Below are positions 1 to 9,502 of a stretch of 64,000 bases of DNA, in pieces (the stretch's first letter is position 1; each line of letters starts with the position of its first letter). Position numbers and translations under genes: made by a program. Source of the DNA: Promethearchaeota archaeon (GTDB lineage: Archaea > Asgardarchaeota > Thorarchaeia > Thorarchaeales > Thorarchaeaceae). The notes below the pieces were generated by a model. The model was not told where the DNA came from and did not search any database. It saw only the letters and a program-made list of their open reading frames with translations. The stretch lies in assembly GCA_014728035.1 (NCBI GenBank), contig WJMJ01000131.1:64001-128000 (forward strand). Direction: 5' to 3'.

Positions 1-1577
1 GTCGCACGGAAAAGCGGTTCATGTGTTCGAGGAGTACACGATGCGACAACAACACGGTTAAGCTTGTGTTCTTTAATTGCTTCCTTAATCACAACTTGAG
101 CATCTGATGAGCAGGAATAAAGAAGATTATCTGAATGCACGACATCAGGTAAGGCTCCAGCATATTCTGTAACCTCAGCAACATCCACTGTACCTGCAAT
201 ATTGATTCCACAAGAACAAATGAATACTCCTACCCGCGGTTCAGCGGTCATTAGTTCTAAATCACTTTCTGTGAGTGCTTCGGTCTCACTCTTGGGTATT
301 ATAATGTCAAGAGTTGCAAGAGCTGCTGCAGCACTACCTTGAGCGACAGAATCAGGAATATCTTTTGGGCGATTTACGGCTCCACACATCTGGATACCCG
401 CTACGCCTGTTGACACACTGTCGATTGATTCAGGACCTGATACAAAGCCATAATCATCAACCTCAATCCCGAGTGTTTCTAACAATTCATTATTCTCATT
501 AGGAATCATTGCTGGACAAAGAACCACCAAATCGTATCTGTCTTCAAGTACATCATGGCCCTTTGCATCACTATGGCGAATCAGTAAATCACGACTCACA
601 GGATCTTCAAAAATCTCGCTGGGCAATCCCTTGAGATAATTGATACCGTATTCATCCTCACCCCGTACAAGAAACTCCTCAAACCCTTTTCCAAAAGCAC
701 GCATATCATTGTAAAGAATATCTATCTCAACCTCGGGAGTATGTTCCTTAGTAATTATTGCCTCTTTTGTAGCATAAGTACAACATATCCGAGAGCAGTA
801 AGCACAATGATTGACATCTCGACTTCCAACACATTGTATGAATGCAATTCTTTGAGGTTCCCTGCCATCAGAGGGACGCATAACAATTCCACCGGTGGGT
901 CCACTTGCAGACACCATGCGCTCGTATTCTAATGCAGATACAACATTGGGAAATCGGCCATAGCCATATTCTGGAACTGTAGAAGCATCAAGAAGTTTGT
1001 AGCCTGTTGCCAATATTATAGAACCAGCATTAATCTCGACGGTTTCATCAGGCAAGTCGAAATTGATTGCTTCAGCTTTACATGACTTCACACAGGTCAT
1101 ACACTGAATACAGCTCTCAATGTCAATTGTAGCGATATTTGGTACAGCCTGTGGAAATGGGATGTATGTTGCTTTTCTCATCTTGAGACCCATATCATAC
1201 TCATTGGGCACCTCAATGGGACAGACCCGTTCACAATCGCCACATCCAGTACATTTGTCAGGATTAACACGGCGAGTATGTTTGAGAACAGTGACGGTGA
1301 AATCGCCCTGTTTTCCTTTAACATCAGTAACTTCAGAATATGCTAAGATCTCTATATTTGGATGACGAGAGCAATCGACCATCCACGGACCCATGATACA
1401 CATGCTACAGTCTAATGTAGGAAAGGTCTTGTCAAGTTGTGCCATGTGGCCTCCAATGCTAGGCTCTTTCTCGACCATGTAGACTTTAACGCCCATATCA
1501 GCCAAATCTAGTGCTGCACGAATACCAGCTATTCCAGCACCGATTATGACAACGGGTTTTGCTGAGGCATCTGCCAT
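1..1577 (-). CDS. hdrA: Heterodisulfide reductase subunit A-like flavoprotein, tandem/fused form (runs off window start)
   Basis: Not in the ORF track (no stop in window). Manual translation from ATG 1577: MADASAKPVVIIGAGIAG (FAD), LDKTFPTLDCSMC, ferredoxin CxxCxxCxxxC motifs, PKDIPDSVAQGSAAA, then an HdrA N-terminal-type module (PRVGVFICSCGINIAG...VASCTPRTHEPLFR). Confidence 0.93.
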   Translation of the reverse strand, partial: MADASAKPVVIIGAGIAGIRAALDLADMGVKVYMVEKEPSIGGHMAQLDKTFPTLDCSMCIMGPWMVDCSRHPNIEILAYSEVTDVKGKQGDFTVTVLKHTRRVNPDKCTGCGDCERVCPIEVPNEYDMGLKMRKATYIPFPQAVPNIATIDIESCIQCMTCVKSCKAEAINFDLPDETVEINAGSIILATGYKLLDASTVPEYGYGRFPNVVSALEYERMVSASGPTGGIVMRPSDGREPQRIAFIQCVGSRDVNHCAYCSRICCTYATKEAIITKEHTPEVEIDILYNDMRAFGKGFEEFLVRGEDEYGINYLKGLPSEIFEDPVSRDLLIRHSDAKGHDVLEDRYDLVVLCPAMIPNENNELLETLGIEVDDYGFVSGPESIDSVSTGVAGIQMCGAVNRPKDIPDSVAQGSAAAALATLDIIIPKSETEALTESDLELMTAEPRVGVFICSCGINIAGTVDVAEVTEYAGALPDVVHSDNLLYSCSSDAQVVIKEAIKEHKLNRVVVASCTPRTHEPLFRA

Positions 1578-1835
1578 ATTGCGTTCACTCCGGGTGATAT
1601 GGAGCAAAATCAAACTGAATGATAAAACGTTTGTTGTTCGACAATTTCATTGAGAAATCGGACACAATCAAACAAGCCGCCATTATGGAAATGTAAAACA
1701 GTTATGAGGTTAGAATGAATAATTTTGAAGCGTCTTAAATGATTTAGAAGTATTTAATGCGTTATTAATCGTTTAAAATATTCAGCAAATAACTATTTCT
1801 AATTGTCATTAAATATATTCTTGAGAAGCATATTC

Positions 1836-3131
1836 ATGGTGAAATATTTGAAAAGACCAAGCCACCTTGAAAAGAAACTCATGCTTGTTATGGTTTTACT
1901 ACTTCTAACTTCTGTGGTTTTCGTCGGAGCTCAGACAGATGATGATGACGATGATGAAACAGAAGAACAAGATGAGTATGAAGAAGAACACGAACCGGAA
2001 ATAGATAGAGATGATGACGGAACTGCCTGGATTCAAACTGATGTGATGACAGTGATGCTGGATTCAGAAGAACCATCCTATCAATTCTGGTATACAGGAG
2101 ATGCTAATGGCACACAATCCAGATTTCGAGTCAGTTATCTAGCAGTAGTTGAGTTCAATGACACTAATGGTGATGGTGTATTCCAAGCCAATGAGACTAT
2201 CGCATTTGTACCCCTTGAGGCATTCTCATGGAGCATTCAGACAGGATCTGTGACTGATGAACTAGGTCATACAACTGAAGTCTATGCAACCTACATAAAG
2301 GCTGGACTTACAGGAGAAGATTGGGATGATGATTGGTACGAAGATTGGTTACCAGGTTATTCCAATGATGATTTCGATGATGAAGACGATGATGATGATG
2401 ATAGTTATTCAGAAGAGGAAGATGGAGATCTCAACCTAACACAATACGAAGAGATGAATCTCCAATTCTATGCACACCTTTACCTTGAGAACTATTCTGG
2501 AACAGTAGAAGATGATGAAGGAGTCAAGGCAAACTATACAGTAACTGGAGGAGTAGAACTAAAAATTGACATAGAAATCGGAAACTTCCCCTTCCTCAGA
2601 AATGACTCCAAGATCGCAATCTTGAACTTCCTACAAGAAGATATTGCATCAGACGAGTCAAGAAATCATCGGTTTAGAATGCATGAAGACGATGACGACC
2701 ATGAATATGAATCCGAGGACGAATGGGATGATACGGACGAACTCGGAGAAGAGTTTGACGAGGTTGATGAAGATGAGGATTACGAGTCTGATGATGTTCA
2801 AGGTCTATCATTTGAAGAAGCCTCAACGAACGAAACCATGGCATTTTACAAATGGTTAGATAAAGCAGTAATGACCTTGCCAGATTCCTCAAAGCAATCT
2901 GTGGATGTTGGGGCATCATATTGGACAAATGGAGAAGGGCTTCTCCTCTTCTTCGCATATCCGAACTTCGATGGGGGTTCTTTACTTCATGACCCATCAA
3001 TCGTACTTAGAGACGATATTGCATCAAGGCTAACATTCAGCATTCCGATAAACATCCAAACTGTAGCAGTAATAGGAGTCACAGTAGTATCATTATCTGC
3101 AATTGCAGTTTTTCTGAAGAGAAGAAAATAA
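1836..3131 (+). CDS. Asp/Glu-rich secreted protein with C-terminal membrane anchor (paralog of 61011-61943 and 63007-63969)
   Basis: Signal peptide, poly-D/E tracts, EFNDTNGDG, ELKIDIEI, YPNF...HDPSI motifs, TM helix then KRRK. Start set at ATG 1836, about 25 nt after a TATA-like TTAAATA. Confidence 0.8.
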   Translation: MVKYLKRPSHLEKKLMLVMVLLLLTSVVFVGAQTDDDDDDETEEQDEYEEEHEPEIDRDDDGTAWIQTDVMTVMLDSEEPSYQFWYTGDANGTQSRFRVSYLAVVEFNDTNGDGVFQANETIAFVPLEAFSWSIQTGSVTDELGHTTEVYATYIKAGLTGEDWDDDWYEDWLPGYSNDDFDDEDDDDDDSYSEEEDGDLNLTQYEEMNLQFYAHLYLENYSGTVEDDEGVKANYTVTGGVELKIDIEIGNFPFLRNDSKIAILNFLQEDIASDESRNHRFRMHEDDDDHEYESEDEWDDTDELGEEFDEVDEDEDYESDDVQGLSFEEASTNETMAFYKWLDKAVMTLPDSSKQSVDVGASYWTNGEGLLLFFAYPNFDGGSLLHDPSIVLRDDIASRLTFSIPINIQTVAVIGVTVVSLSAIAVFLKRRK

Positions 3132-3138
3132 TCTAAAA

Positions 3139-3170
3139 GAGGGATTCAATATCCCTCCAATTCTTTTTTT
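3139..3170 (+). terminator. Hairpin plus T-tract
   Basis: GAGGGAT/ATCCCTC stem followed by a T-run just after the stop at 3131. Confidence 0.55.
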
Positions 3171-3202
3171 ACAGAAAAAGGTAAATGTAAAGAGGTAAGA
3201 CT

Positions 3203-4228
3203 ATGGCATCGAGTTCGAGAGCAAGATATGTACTATTGGTATTTTTCATATCTATCACTGTCATTAGCTCTTATAATCAACCTATCAATGCATATGCATC
3301 ATCAGATGTCAAGCTTAGCAATGTGGACATGGTAATTAAGAACTTGAATGATGGAGCTAGTTGGATAAATTATTCAGCTCATGCAACCAATGTACAACTT
3401 GATGCGATAGATAAGATAGATCTACGCTTTGACCTAAGAGATATCAATATGGTTGAAAGTACAATCCAAGGAAATCAAGTTGCTGCTACAACCACAATCA
3501 ACGAAAGATATAGCATAGTCACACTTACACTAGCTGATTCTTTGATTCATAATAATGCAGTTGAAATTAATCTGTATTTTAGTACTAATGAGATTCACGA
3601 ACAAATTGGAACAGATGAAGACAACTCGATTATACTTAACGAGGCAATCTATTACTTCAGACCAGGAGCTGCGGTGGAGAATCTTACTCTTTCAATGATT
3701 CTACCGGAGTATTCCCTGCTTAGTTGTAGTTGTGCTTCACCAGTATTTCCAAAACCTGATAAAAACTATACAGATGGCAGAAGGATCGCTTTTGTATGGA
3801 AGAAGAATCTCCTTCTACCAGGACAAGAAATAGCATATATTGTAAAATACAATACTCCAATATCCATAACATCTCAAGAAGAGTTGGTATTAATCAACTT
3901 GGTCTATCTTGGACTAGGAGGGATGATGGGAGTTATTTCGATGATTATTCTCCACCATTATGCGATCCTGCCATACCAAAAGAGTCGGGATTGTATTGAA
4001 AACACGGTAGTAGTTTCCAGTCATGAGAAAATGGTGTTGGACTATATCAGAAAGAGAGGTGGCTCATGTTCTCAACGAGATATCTATCGTGAACTGGGAC
4101 TCTCTCAATCCATGGCCAGTATGGTACTTACAAATCTTGAAGAACGAAAAATAGTAAAACGAATACGAAAAGGGAGAGAAAACAAAGTACATCTATTAGA
4201 CAATCTTGATGAGGGAATTACCAGGTGA
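3203..4228 (+). CDS. Membrane-anchored transcriptional regulator (extracellular beta domain, TM helix, C-terminal winged HTH)
   Basis: Signal peptide, TM near aa 230-250, C-terminal HEKMVLDYIRKRGGSCSQRDIYRELGLSQSMASMVLTNLEERKIVKR wHTH. Confidence 0.8.
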   Translation: MASSSRARYVLLVFFISITVISSYNQPINAYASSDVKLSNVDMVIKNLNDGASWINYSAHATNVQLDAIDKIDLRFDLRDINMVESTIQGNQVAATTTINERYSIVTLTLADSLIHNNAVEINLYFSTNEIHEQIGTDEDNSIILNEAIYYFRPGAAVENLTLSMILPEYSLLSCSCASPVFPKPDKNYTDGRRIAFVWKKNLLLPGQEIAYIVKYNTPISITSQEELVLINLVYLGLGGMMGVISMIILHHYAILPYQKSRDCIENTVVVSSHEKMVLDYIRKRGGSCSQRDIYRELGLSQSMASMVLTNLEERKIVKRIRKGRENKVHLLDNLDEGITR

Positions 4229-4398
4229 AGTTAAATATCACCAAACCACAAAATATAGAGAGAGAGGATGAAAGCGGTAAGACTGTTTACAAAGGCATAT
4301 CTAGCTAGAAATAAAACAAGAACAAATAATCGAGAGATTGAAGACTTCTCAGAAATAGAAGTTCAACCTCAAGATATCTCAAAGGAAAGATTGGATAC

Positions 4399-5322
4399 CT
4401 AACCTTCTGTTTTTATACCAAGCCGTTCCCAGTTTGGCTGGTTTTTCCGTATGGCATATTGGAGATGTGTAGTAAGACCAAATTCATCAGGTTCGTGACC
4501 AAAAGCAAGAGCAAGTAGTTCAACCACATGCAGTACATCAAAATGAAATTCCACATCGAAGTGTTTCTGAATTTCTACCTGACCCAAGTCTAGTTGTAGT
4601 TCACAGAATGGACAGGGAGTAACAATGATATCAGCACCGCCAGCATCCATTATGCTTTCGAATTTCTGCTTGGTAAAATCAAGTGCGACTTTTACATCTG
4701 CTGTCCGAACCGCACCACCTGCACCACAACAGATCAATTCATCTTTGTATGGAACATATTCAGCTCCAGCAGCTTCACATATTTCACGGAAGATATGTGG
4801 ATTTTCTGAATCGTCTTTCTTTTTGATGGCTTTTGGACGCATCCAGTGGCAACCGGGATGGAGAGCCATTCGTACACCTTTAAGAGGGCGTTCAACCCGC
4901 TTCTTGATTTTCTCGATACCAGCTGTGGAGTAGAGTGCATCAACATAATGAGTGACTTCAATAGTTCCTTTGAACTCACGACCAATCTCAGCTAGATTTT
5001 CATTTACTGCTGCTCTCAAAGCATCATCATGTTTGAGCTCATGATTGGCATCCCAAAGACTGGCAAAACATCCATTGCATCCAGTCGTAATAGGAACTCC
5101 TACAGCTTCAGCAATTGTAAGATTTCTTGCTGAAACACTTGCCCATGTGACTCTATCAAAAGAACCGAATACGCCAGGCGCAGGACAACAGGTTGCACCC
5201 TCCATATCTAGCAATTCCATGCCAAGATCTTCAAACACAATTTTAGCCGCGCTCTCAATACTGGGATACCGGTGAGGGATTATACAACCTAGAAAATGCA
5301 TGAATTGAGGTTTCTTTGCCAT
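4399..5322 (-). CDS. hdrB: Heterodisulfide reductase subunit B (copy 1)
   Basis: CCG-domain motifs FLGC, CCPAP, CNGC, HPGCH, CCGAGG, CPFC. Confidence 0.95.
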   Translation of the reverse strand: MAKKPQFMHFLGCIIPHRYPSIESAAKIVFEDLGMELLDMEGATCCPAPGVFGSFDRVTWASVSARNLTIAEAVGVPITTGCNGCFASLWDANHELKHDDALRAAVNENLAEIGREFKGTIEVTHYVDALYSTAGIEKIKKRVERPLKGVRMALHPGCHWMRPKAIKKKDDSENPHIFREICEAAGAEYVPYKDELICCGAGGAVRTADVKVALDFTKQKFESIMDAGGADIIVTPCPFCELQLDLGQVEIQKHFDVEFHFDVLHVVELLALAFGHEPDEFGLTTHLQYAIRKNQPNWERLGIKTEG

Positions 5323-5325
5323 TGA

Positions 5326-5868
5326 TTACTCCTCCTTGTCCTCCACAAGCTTGTCAAAGCCACTTTTCTTTGCCATTTTCATAATCTCTTCTATGGCTTC
5401 GGGATGGCTACTAGCATTTGGAGGAATTGGTTCGAGACCTACTTTTTCTCGGAGCTTTTGCCAAGACTCCTTATCCAATGGAACAGCATGACCAGTTTCC
5501 AGAACTTTCACTGCGACTTTTTGGTGTGGGGTCAGCATATAACCCTCCTGAACAGCAATATTACGTATTGCCTTTATTACATCAGTAGGCTTAACATCTT
5601 GGGGACAGCGATCTGTACAAGTATAACAAGTTGTACAATACCACAACTCTGGTGCGGATATCACTTCTTCTTTCAAACCCATAAGGGCTTTTCTAATAAT
5701 ACCTCTAACAAGATAGTTCGTTCTGGCTCCAGCAGGACAGCTTCCACTGCACGTGCCACATTGATAGCACGACTGAATATTGGGACCTCCGGTCTGCTTA
5801 ATTAACTCGATAAATTCTTTATCAGGCTCGGAAATCACAACAGTAGGTTTTTCCTCAGTACTGGTCAA
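5326..5868 (-). CDS. hdrC: Heterodisulfide reductase subunit C (copy 1)
   Basis: CYQCGTCSGSCP and CTTCYTCTDRCP 4Fe-4S motifs; directly upstream of hdrB. Confidence 0.95.
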   Translation of the reverse strand: MTSTEEKPTVVISEPDKEFIELIKQTGGPNIQSCYQCGTCSGSCPAGARTNYLVRGIIRKALMGLKEEVISAPELWYCTTCYTCTDRCPQDVKPTDVIKAIRNIAVQEGYMLTPHQKVAVKVLETGHAVPLDKESWQKLREKVGLEPIPPNASSHPEAIEEIMKMAKKSGFDKLVEDKEE

Positions 5869-6034
5869 TGTAATCCACCGATAGTTGAGCCATCAAATCC
5901 AGCACTTAAATCCGTTGCCAAATACACCAATTTTTCCAGAGAATTAGCAAAACAATCTAAATTGCCATAACTGAAACTATACATATAAATGAGCCAAATA
6001 ATCGTGAGTTATCAACGGACTCAGAGGTCTTCCA

Positions 6035-6589
6035 ATGACTGATTCAATCAGCAGAGAAACAATAGACTCAGAGGACATCGATCCAACTTTCGTAGACAAG
6101 ATTGTTGAAGCAGGTGCTGATAGAATACGTACCTGTATTCAGTGCGGAACATGTTCAAGTGTATGCCCAAGTGGCAGAAGAACCGCATTCCGTACTCGTG
6201 AACTGATGAGAAAGGCGCTACTTGGTCTCAAAGAAGAAGTATTGAGCAGCCCTGATCTCTGGCTTTGTGCCACTTGTCTTACATGTCTTGAGAGATGCCC
6301 ACGACAGATCAAAGTGACTGACGCAATTGTGATTATGCGTAACATGGCTGTGAAAGAGGGCTTTATGCTTCCTCAGCACAGAAAAGCTTCCAAAAAACTC
6401 ATTCAGACAGGACATGCTGTGCCTATAGATGAAGCAAACCAAGAGATGAGAAAGGAGCTTGGGCTTCAAGAAATACCACCCACAGTCCATTCACATAAAG
6501 ATGCTTTGCAAGATGTCAAGAGAATTATGGAAGAAACCGGGTTCAACGAACTCATTGAGGGTACTGAAAAGGAGATGGATTCAAAATGA
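6035..6589 (+). CDS. hdrC: Heterodisulfide reductase subunit C (copy 2)
   Basis: CIQCGTCSSVCP and CATCLTCLERCP motifs. Confidence 0.95.
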   Translation: MTDSISRETIDSEDIDPTFVDKIVEAGADRIRTCIQCGTCSSVCPSGRRTAFRTRELMRKALLGLKEEVLSSPDLWLCATCLTCLERCPRQIKVTDAIVIMRNMAVKEGFMLPQHRKASKKLIQTGHAVPIDEANQEMRKELGLQEIPPTVHSHKDALQDVKRIMEETGFNELIEGTEKEMDSK

Positions 6590-7482
6590 CTGAATCAAAG
6601 AAGTATTCATTTTTCTTAGGTTGCGTGATGCCCAATAGATTCCCCAACGCCGAAAAATCCATCCGCACAGTTATGCCGGAGTTAGGTGTCCAGTTGGAAG
6701 ACCTTCAAGGGGCAAGCTGTTGTCCAGCACCAGGAGTAATCAGGTCATTCAATGAACCAACTTGGTTAGCATTAGCATCGAGAAACATAGCTCTTGCCGA
6801 GATGCAAGGCAACGATATCGTTACTGGCTGTAACGGTTGTTATGGAACATTCAAAGAGGCTCTTAATATCATTCGGGAGAATCCCGAGAAACTCAAGGAA
6901 GTACAAAGGATTCTAAAGAAATCTAAAATCAAGTACAAAGGAGAAGCTGAGGCAAAACATATTCTAGAACTTATCTTGGAAGTTCCTCCAGAAGAGTTTC
7001 AGAAGAAAGTGAAAAAACCACTAGAAGGACTTAGAGTGGCAGTCCATTATGGTTGTCATCTCCTCAAACCAAGTAAGTTACGACCGTGGGAGAAAACTCA
7101 GAGACATAAATTCCTTGATTCTCTAGTAGAACTGACGGGAGCTGAAAGTGTCAAATATAAAGACAAATACATGTGTTGTGGAGCTGGTGGCGGAGTTAGA
7201 GGAAGCAATGTACCAGTTTCAGTCGACATTGCCAAAGAAAAGCTCGACAATATGTTAGATGCCCAAGCTGATATCTTGATAAATGCGTGTTCATTCTGTC
7301 ATCTTCAATTTGAAGTTACCCAAGCACAGCTAAACAAAGAGCTGGGAGAGAAAAAGTATCAATTACCAGTATTCTATATCACTCAGCTTTTGGGTCTAGC
7401 AATGGGTATCGACCCAGATGAGCTAGGACTACACAAACATGTCGTAAGTACGCAAGAAATTATTGACCGTATTTTGGAATAA
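6586..7482 (+). CDS. hdrB: Heterodisulfide reductase subunit B (copy 2)
   Basis: FLGC, CCPAP, CNGC, HYGCH, CCGAGG, CSFC; ATGA overlap with hdrC. Confidence 0.95.
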   Translation: MTESKKYSFFLGCVMPNRFPNAEKSIRTVMPELGVQLEDLQGASCCPAPGVIRSFNEPTWLALASRNIALAEMQGNDIVTGCNGCYGTFKEALNIIRENPEKLKEVQRILKKSKIKYKGEAEAKHILELILEVPPEEFQKKVKKPLEGLRVAVHYGCHLLKPSKLRPWEKTQRHKFLDSLVELTGAESVKYKDKYMCCGAGGGVRGSNVPVSVDIAKEKLDNMLDAQADILINACSFCHLQFEVTQAQLNKELGEKKYQLPVFYITQLLGLAMGIDPDELGLHKHVVSTQEIIDRILE

Positions 7483-7500
7483 TATTGGTATGAAAGTGGT

Positions 7501-8439
7501 TTAGAACCACTTTCTTGCCACATAATATACTACTATAGCCATGATTCCACTTGATATAATCGCTGCAACAATAAAAGCAGCAGTAATCACATCAGGAGAG
7601 GTAGTAGTTGGGGTTGTACTGGTTGTAGTAGTGGTTGTTTCCGTAGTAGTCGGGGTTATGATAACATCTCCAGCAATGAATGATTCAGAGGTGTCATAAT
7701 TGGAATAAATACCATCTGTAACGCGTACCCGGATTCTATATGTGTCATTCTTTATCAAGCCGGTGGTATTCCATTCAAGTGACATATTCGATAAATCCTG
7801 GGCAATTTCTTGATAGCTTTGACCAGAATCAGATGATAGAAAAACATCAAATGTGAGTGTTTCAGCAATATTTGGATCTGTTGCAGTCCAAGAGATGACG
7901 TTAACACCCGTCCATATCGAACTTCCAGTAGGAGTTAGTAAACTGACACTGGGTACAAAGAAATTTCCAATGAAAATGTCAGAGAACAATTCTGATATTG
8001 CAGTACCATTCGTTAACCAAGCGGTAACATTTACTACGCATGTAGCATTATTTCCTAAAGAACGAGTATCGATTGTTATGGATTCTGATAAGGATTCGTT
8101 GTTCAAAGTGATGGGTATGGCAGGAGCATGCACTTCTATACTAGTATTATCAATCAGAGCACTTGGGACCCATTCTGCAAGTAGTATTACGTGGTCACCA
8201 GAGATGTGTGCACCTGAAGAGATAGGGGTAGGTGTTGTGTTCCAAAGGGAGTAGTAAGATAATGTGACCTGAGGTTCGTCTGCAGCAAAGATATGAGTTG
8301 CATTCCGGGGAGAAAAAGAAGTAGCAGAAACGAATAGAGGCATCATACAGAGATATACTAAAAGTACAACTGAGAAGATTGTTTGAATGGAGATACACAT
8401 TTCGTGTCCATTTTTTATCCGTATACTTCTCGAATTCAT
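7501..8439 (-). CDS. Secreted Ig-like/beta-rich surface protein with Thr-rich linker and C-terminal TM anchor
   Basis: Signal peptide, ISWTATD...FDVFLS...YRIRVRVTDG strand pattern, poly-Thr, TM helix. Confidence 0.75.
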   Translation of the reverse strand: MNSRSIRIKNGHEMCISIQTIFSVVLLVYLCMMPLFVSATSFSPRNATHIFAADEPQVTLSYYSLWNTTPTPISSGAHISGDHVILLAEWVPSALIDNTSIEVHAPAIPITLNNESLSESITIDTRSLGNNATCVVNVTAWLTNGTAISELFSDIFIGNFFVPSVSLLTPTGSSIWTGVNVISWTATDPNIAETLTFDVFLSSDSGQSYQEIAQDLSNMSLEWNTTGLIKNDTYRIRVRVTDGIYSNYDTSESFIAGDVIITPTTTETTTTTTSTTPTTTSPDVITAAFIVAAIISSGIMAIVVYYVARKWF

Positions 8440-8491
8440 TTTTTGTTCATCTTACCTTTGTTTTTTTTTACACATAGTTCTAGTCATAGAA

Positions 8492-8956
8492 CTACTCCTG
8501 ATCTTCAGGAAATGGTTGTTCGTTCCAAACTCTCAATGCTTCATACCAAAGAACGACATCCATAGAAATCAGGAGGAGTAGCAGGATAATTGAATACCAA
8601 TCAAGAAATATCCATAGCATTGTTGATAGTGCAGCTGTGACGGAGGTATAAAATGTCGCATATGTCAAATATCGAGGAACCATCATTCTCCCACGTCCAA
8701 CAAAGAGTTTCAACACTCCTACACGCACATCTCTCTTGATTGTATATTGTCCATGAACATCTTTATCCACAAGGCCTATTTCTTTGAGTTTCTCAAGATG
8801 GTGCATAGACAGAGATGGACTTGAGAGGTCAGTACCCCGTTGTATCTCACGGGCGGTCATTGGTTCAGGATGTCGCAACATGTACCAATATACACGGAGG
8901 GTCTTGCCTTTCAGTTGTTTTGCCAATTCGTCTTCTGAAAGATTCTCATCCGGCAA
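8492..8956 (-). CDS. Winged-HTH regulator with two C-terminal TM helices
   Basis: LKGKTLRVYWYML...AREIQRGTDLSSPSLSMHHLEKL wHTH followed by two hydrophobic segments. Confidence 0.8.
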   Translation of the reverse strand: MPDENLSEDELAKQLKGKTLRVYWYMLRHPEPMTAREIQRGTDLSSPSLSMHHLEKLKEIGLVDKDVHGQYTIKRDVRVGVLKLFVGRGRMMVPRYLTYATFYTSVTAALSTMLWIFLDWYSIILLLLLISMDVVLWYEALRVWNEQPFPEDQE

Positions 8957-9163
8957 AGTCTAGACTTCCTCACTGATAGTCAATCTATTAAGAGACAGAC
9001 TCTTAACTGTGACTCTTTTGTACCTATCACATTGTCCCCCAAGGTAAGGGTTAAGTAGGTGCTTTGTTCGCACCTAATCAAGGCAAACTGAGTATGTCTC
9101 AGCAAACCCCCAAAATACAATCAGGCACACTAAGCATTGTACCCGGGAAAGGAGAAGCCATCG

Positions 9164-9502
9164 ATGTCAGCTGTACGCAAGCCAATAACACCTAAGCCGG
9201 CAAGAAAGCGAGAGAAAGTGCTAGTAATTTTGCAAGAGCAATGTAAACAATGTGGACTCTGTATTGAATTCTGTCCGAAGAATGTACTATGTCTTACAGA
9301 TATTTACAATCGCAAGGGATATCATCCTGTCACAGCATGCGACATAGATGCCTGCGTAAATTGTGAGTTCTGTGAGAGAATTTGTCCAGATATGGCAATA
9401 TTTCTAGCAGACCGAGAAGAAGCAAAGGAAGCTTACGAAAAGGGTGCCCTTCAAGAAGGTACGGTGATTCCAGAATTCGAAGCTGAAAAGGAGGAGAAAT
9501 AA
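9164..9502 (+). CDS. korD: 2-oxoacid:ferredoxin oxidoreductase delta subunit (2x4Fe-4S)
   Basis: CKQCGLCIEFCP and CVNCEFCERICP; abuts the alpha subunit. Confidence 0.88.
   Translation: MSAVRKPITPKPARKREKVLVILQEQCKQCGLCIEFCPKNVLCLTDIYNRKGYHPVTACDIDACVNCEFCERICPDMAIFLADREEAKEAYEKGALQEGTVIPEFEAEKEEK

Noticed and set aside
314-1365. Plus-strand ORFs 314-502, 741-932, 1120-1365 and the many other short antisense ORFs in the track
   Set aside because: Shadow frames of well-supported genes on the opposite strand or in another frame.
1390-1420. Selenocysteine in HdrA
   Set aside because: The motif is encoded as DCSMC with TGT codons; no in-frame TGA found in the part of the gene within the window.
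1930-2800. (GAT)n-like repeats as a tandem array or CRISPR
   Set aside because: They are codons of Asp/Glu-rich tracts with no constant repeat-spacer structure.
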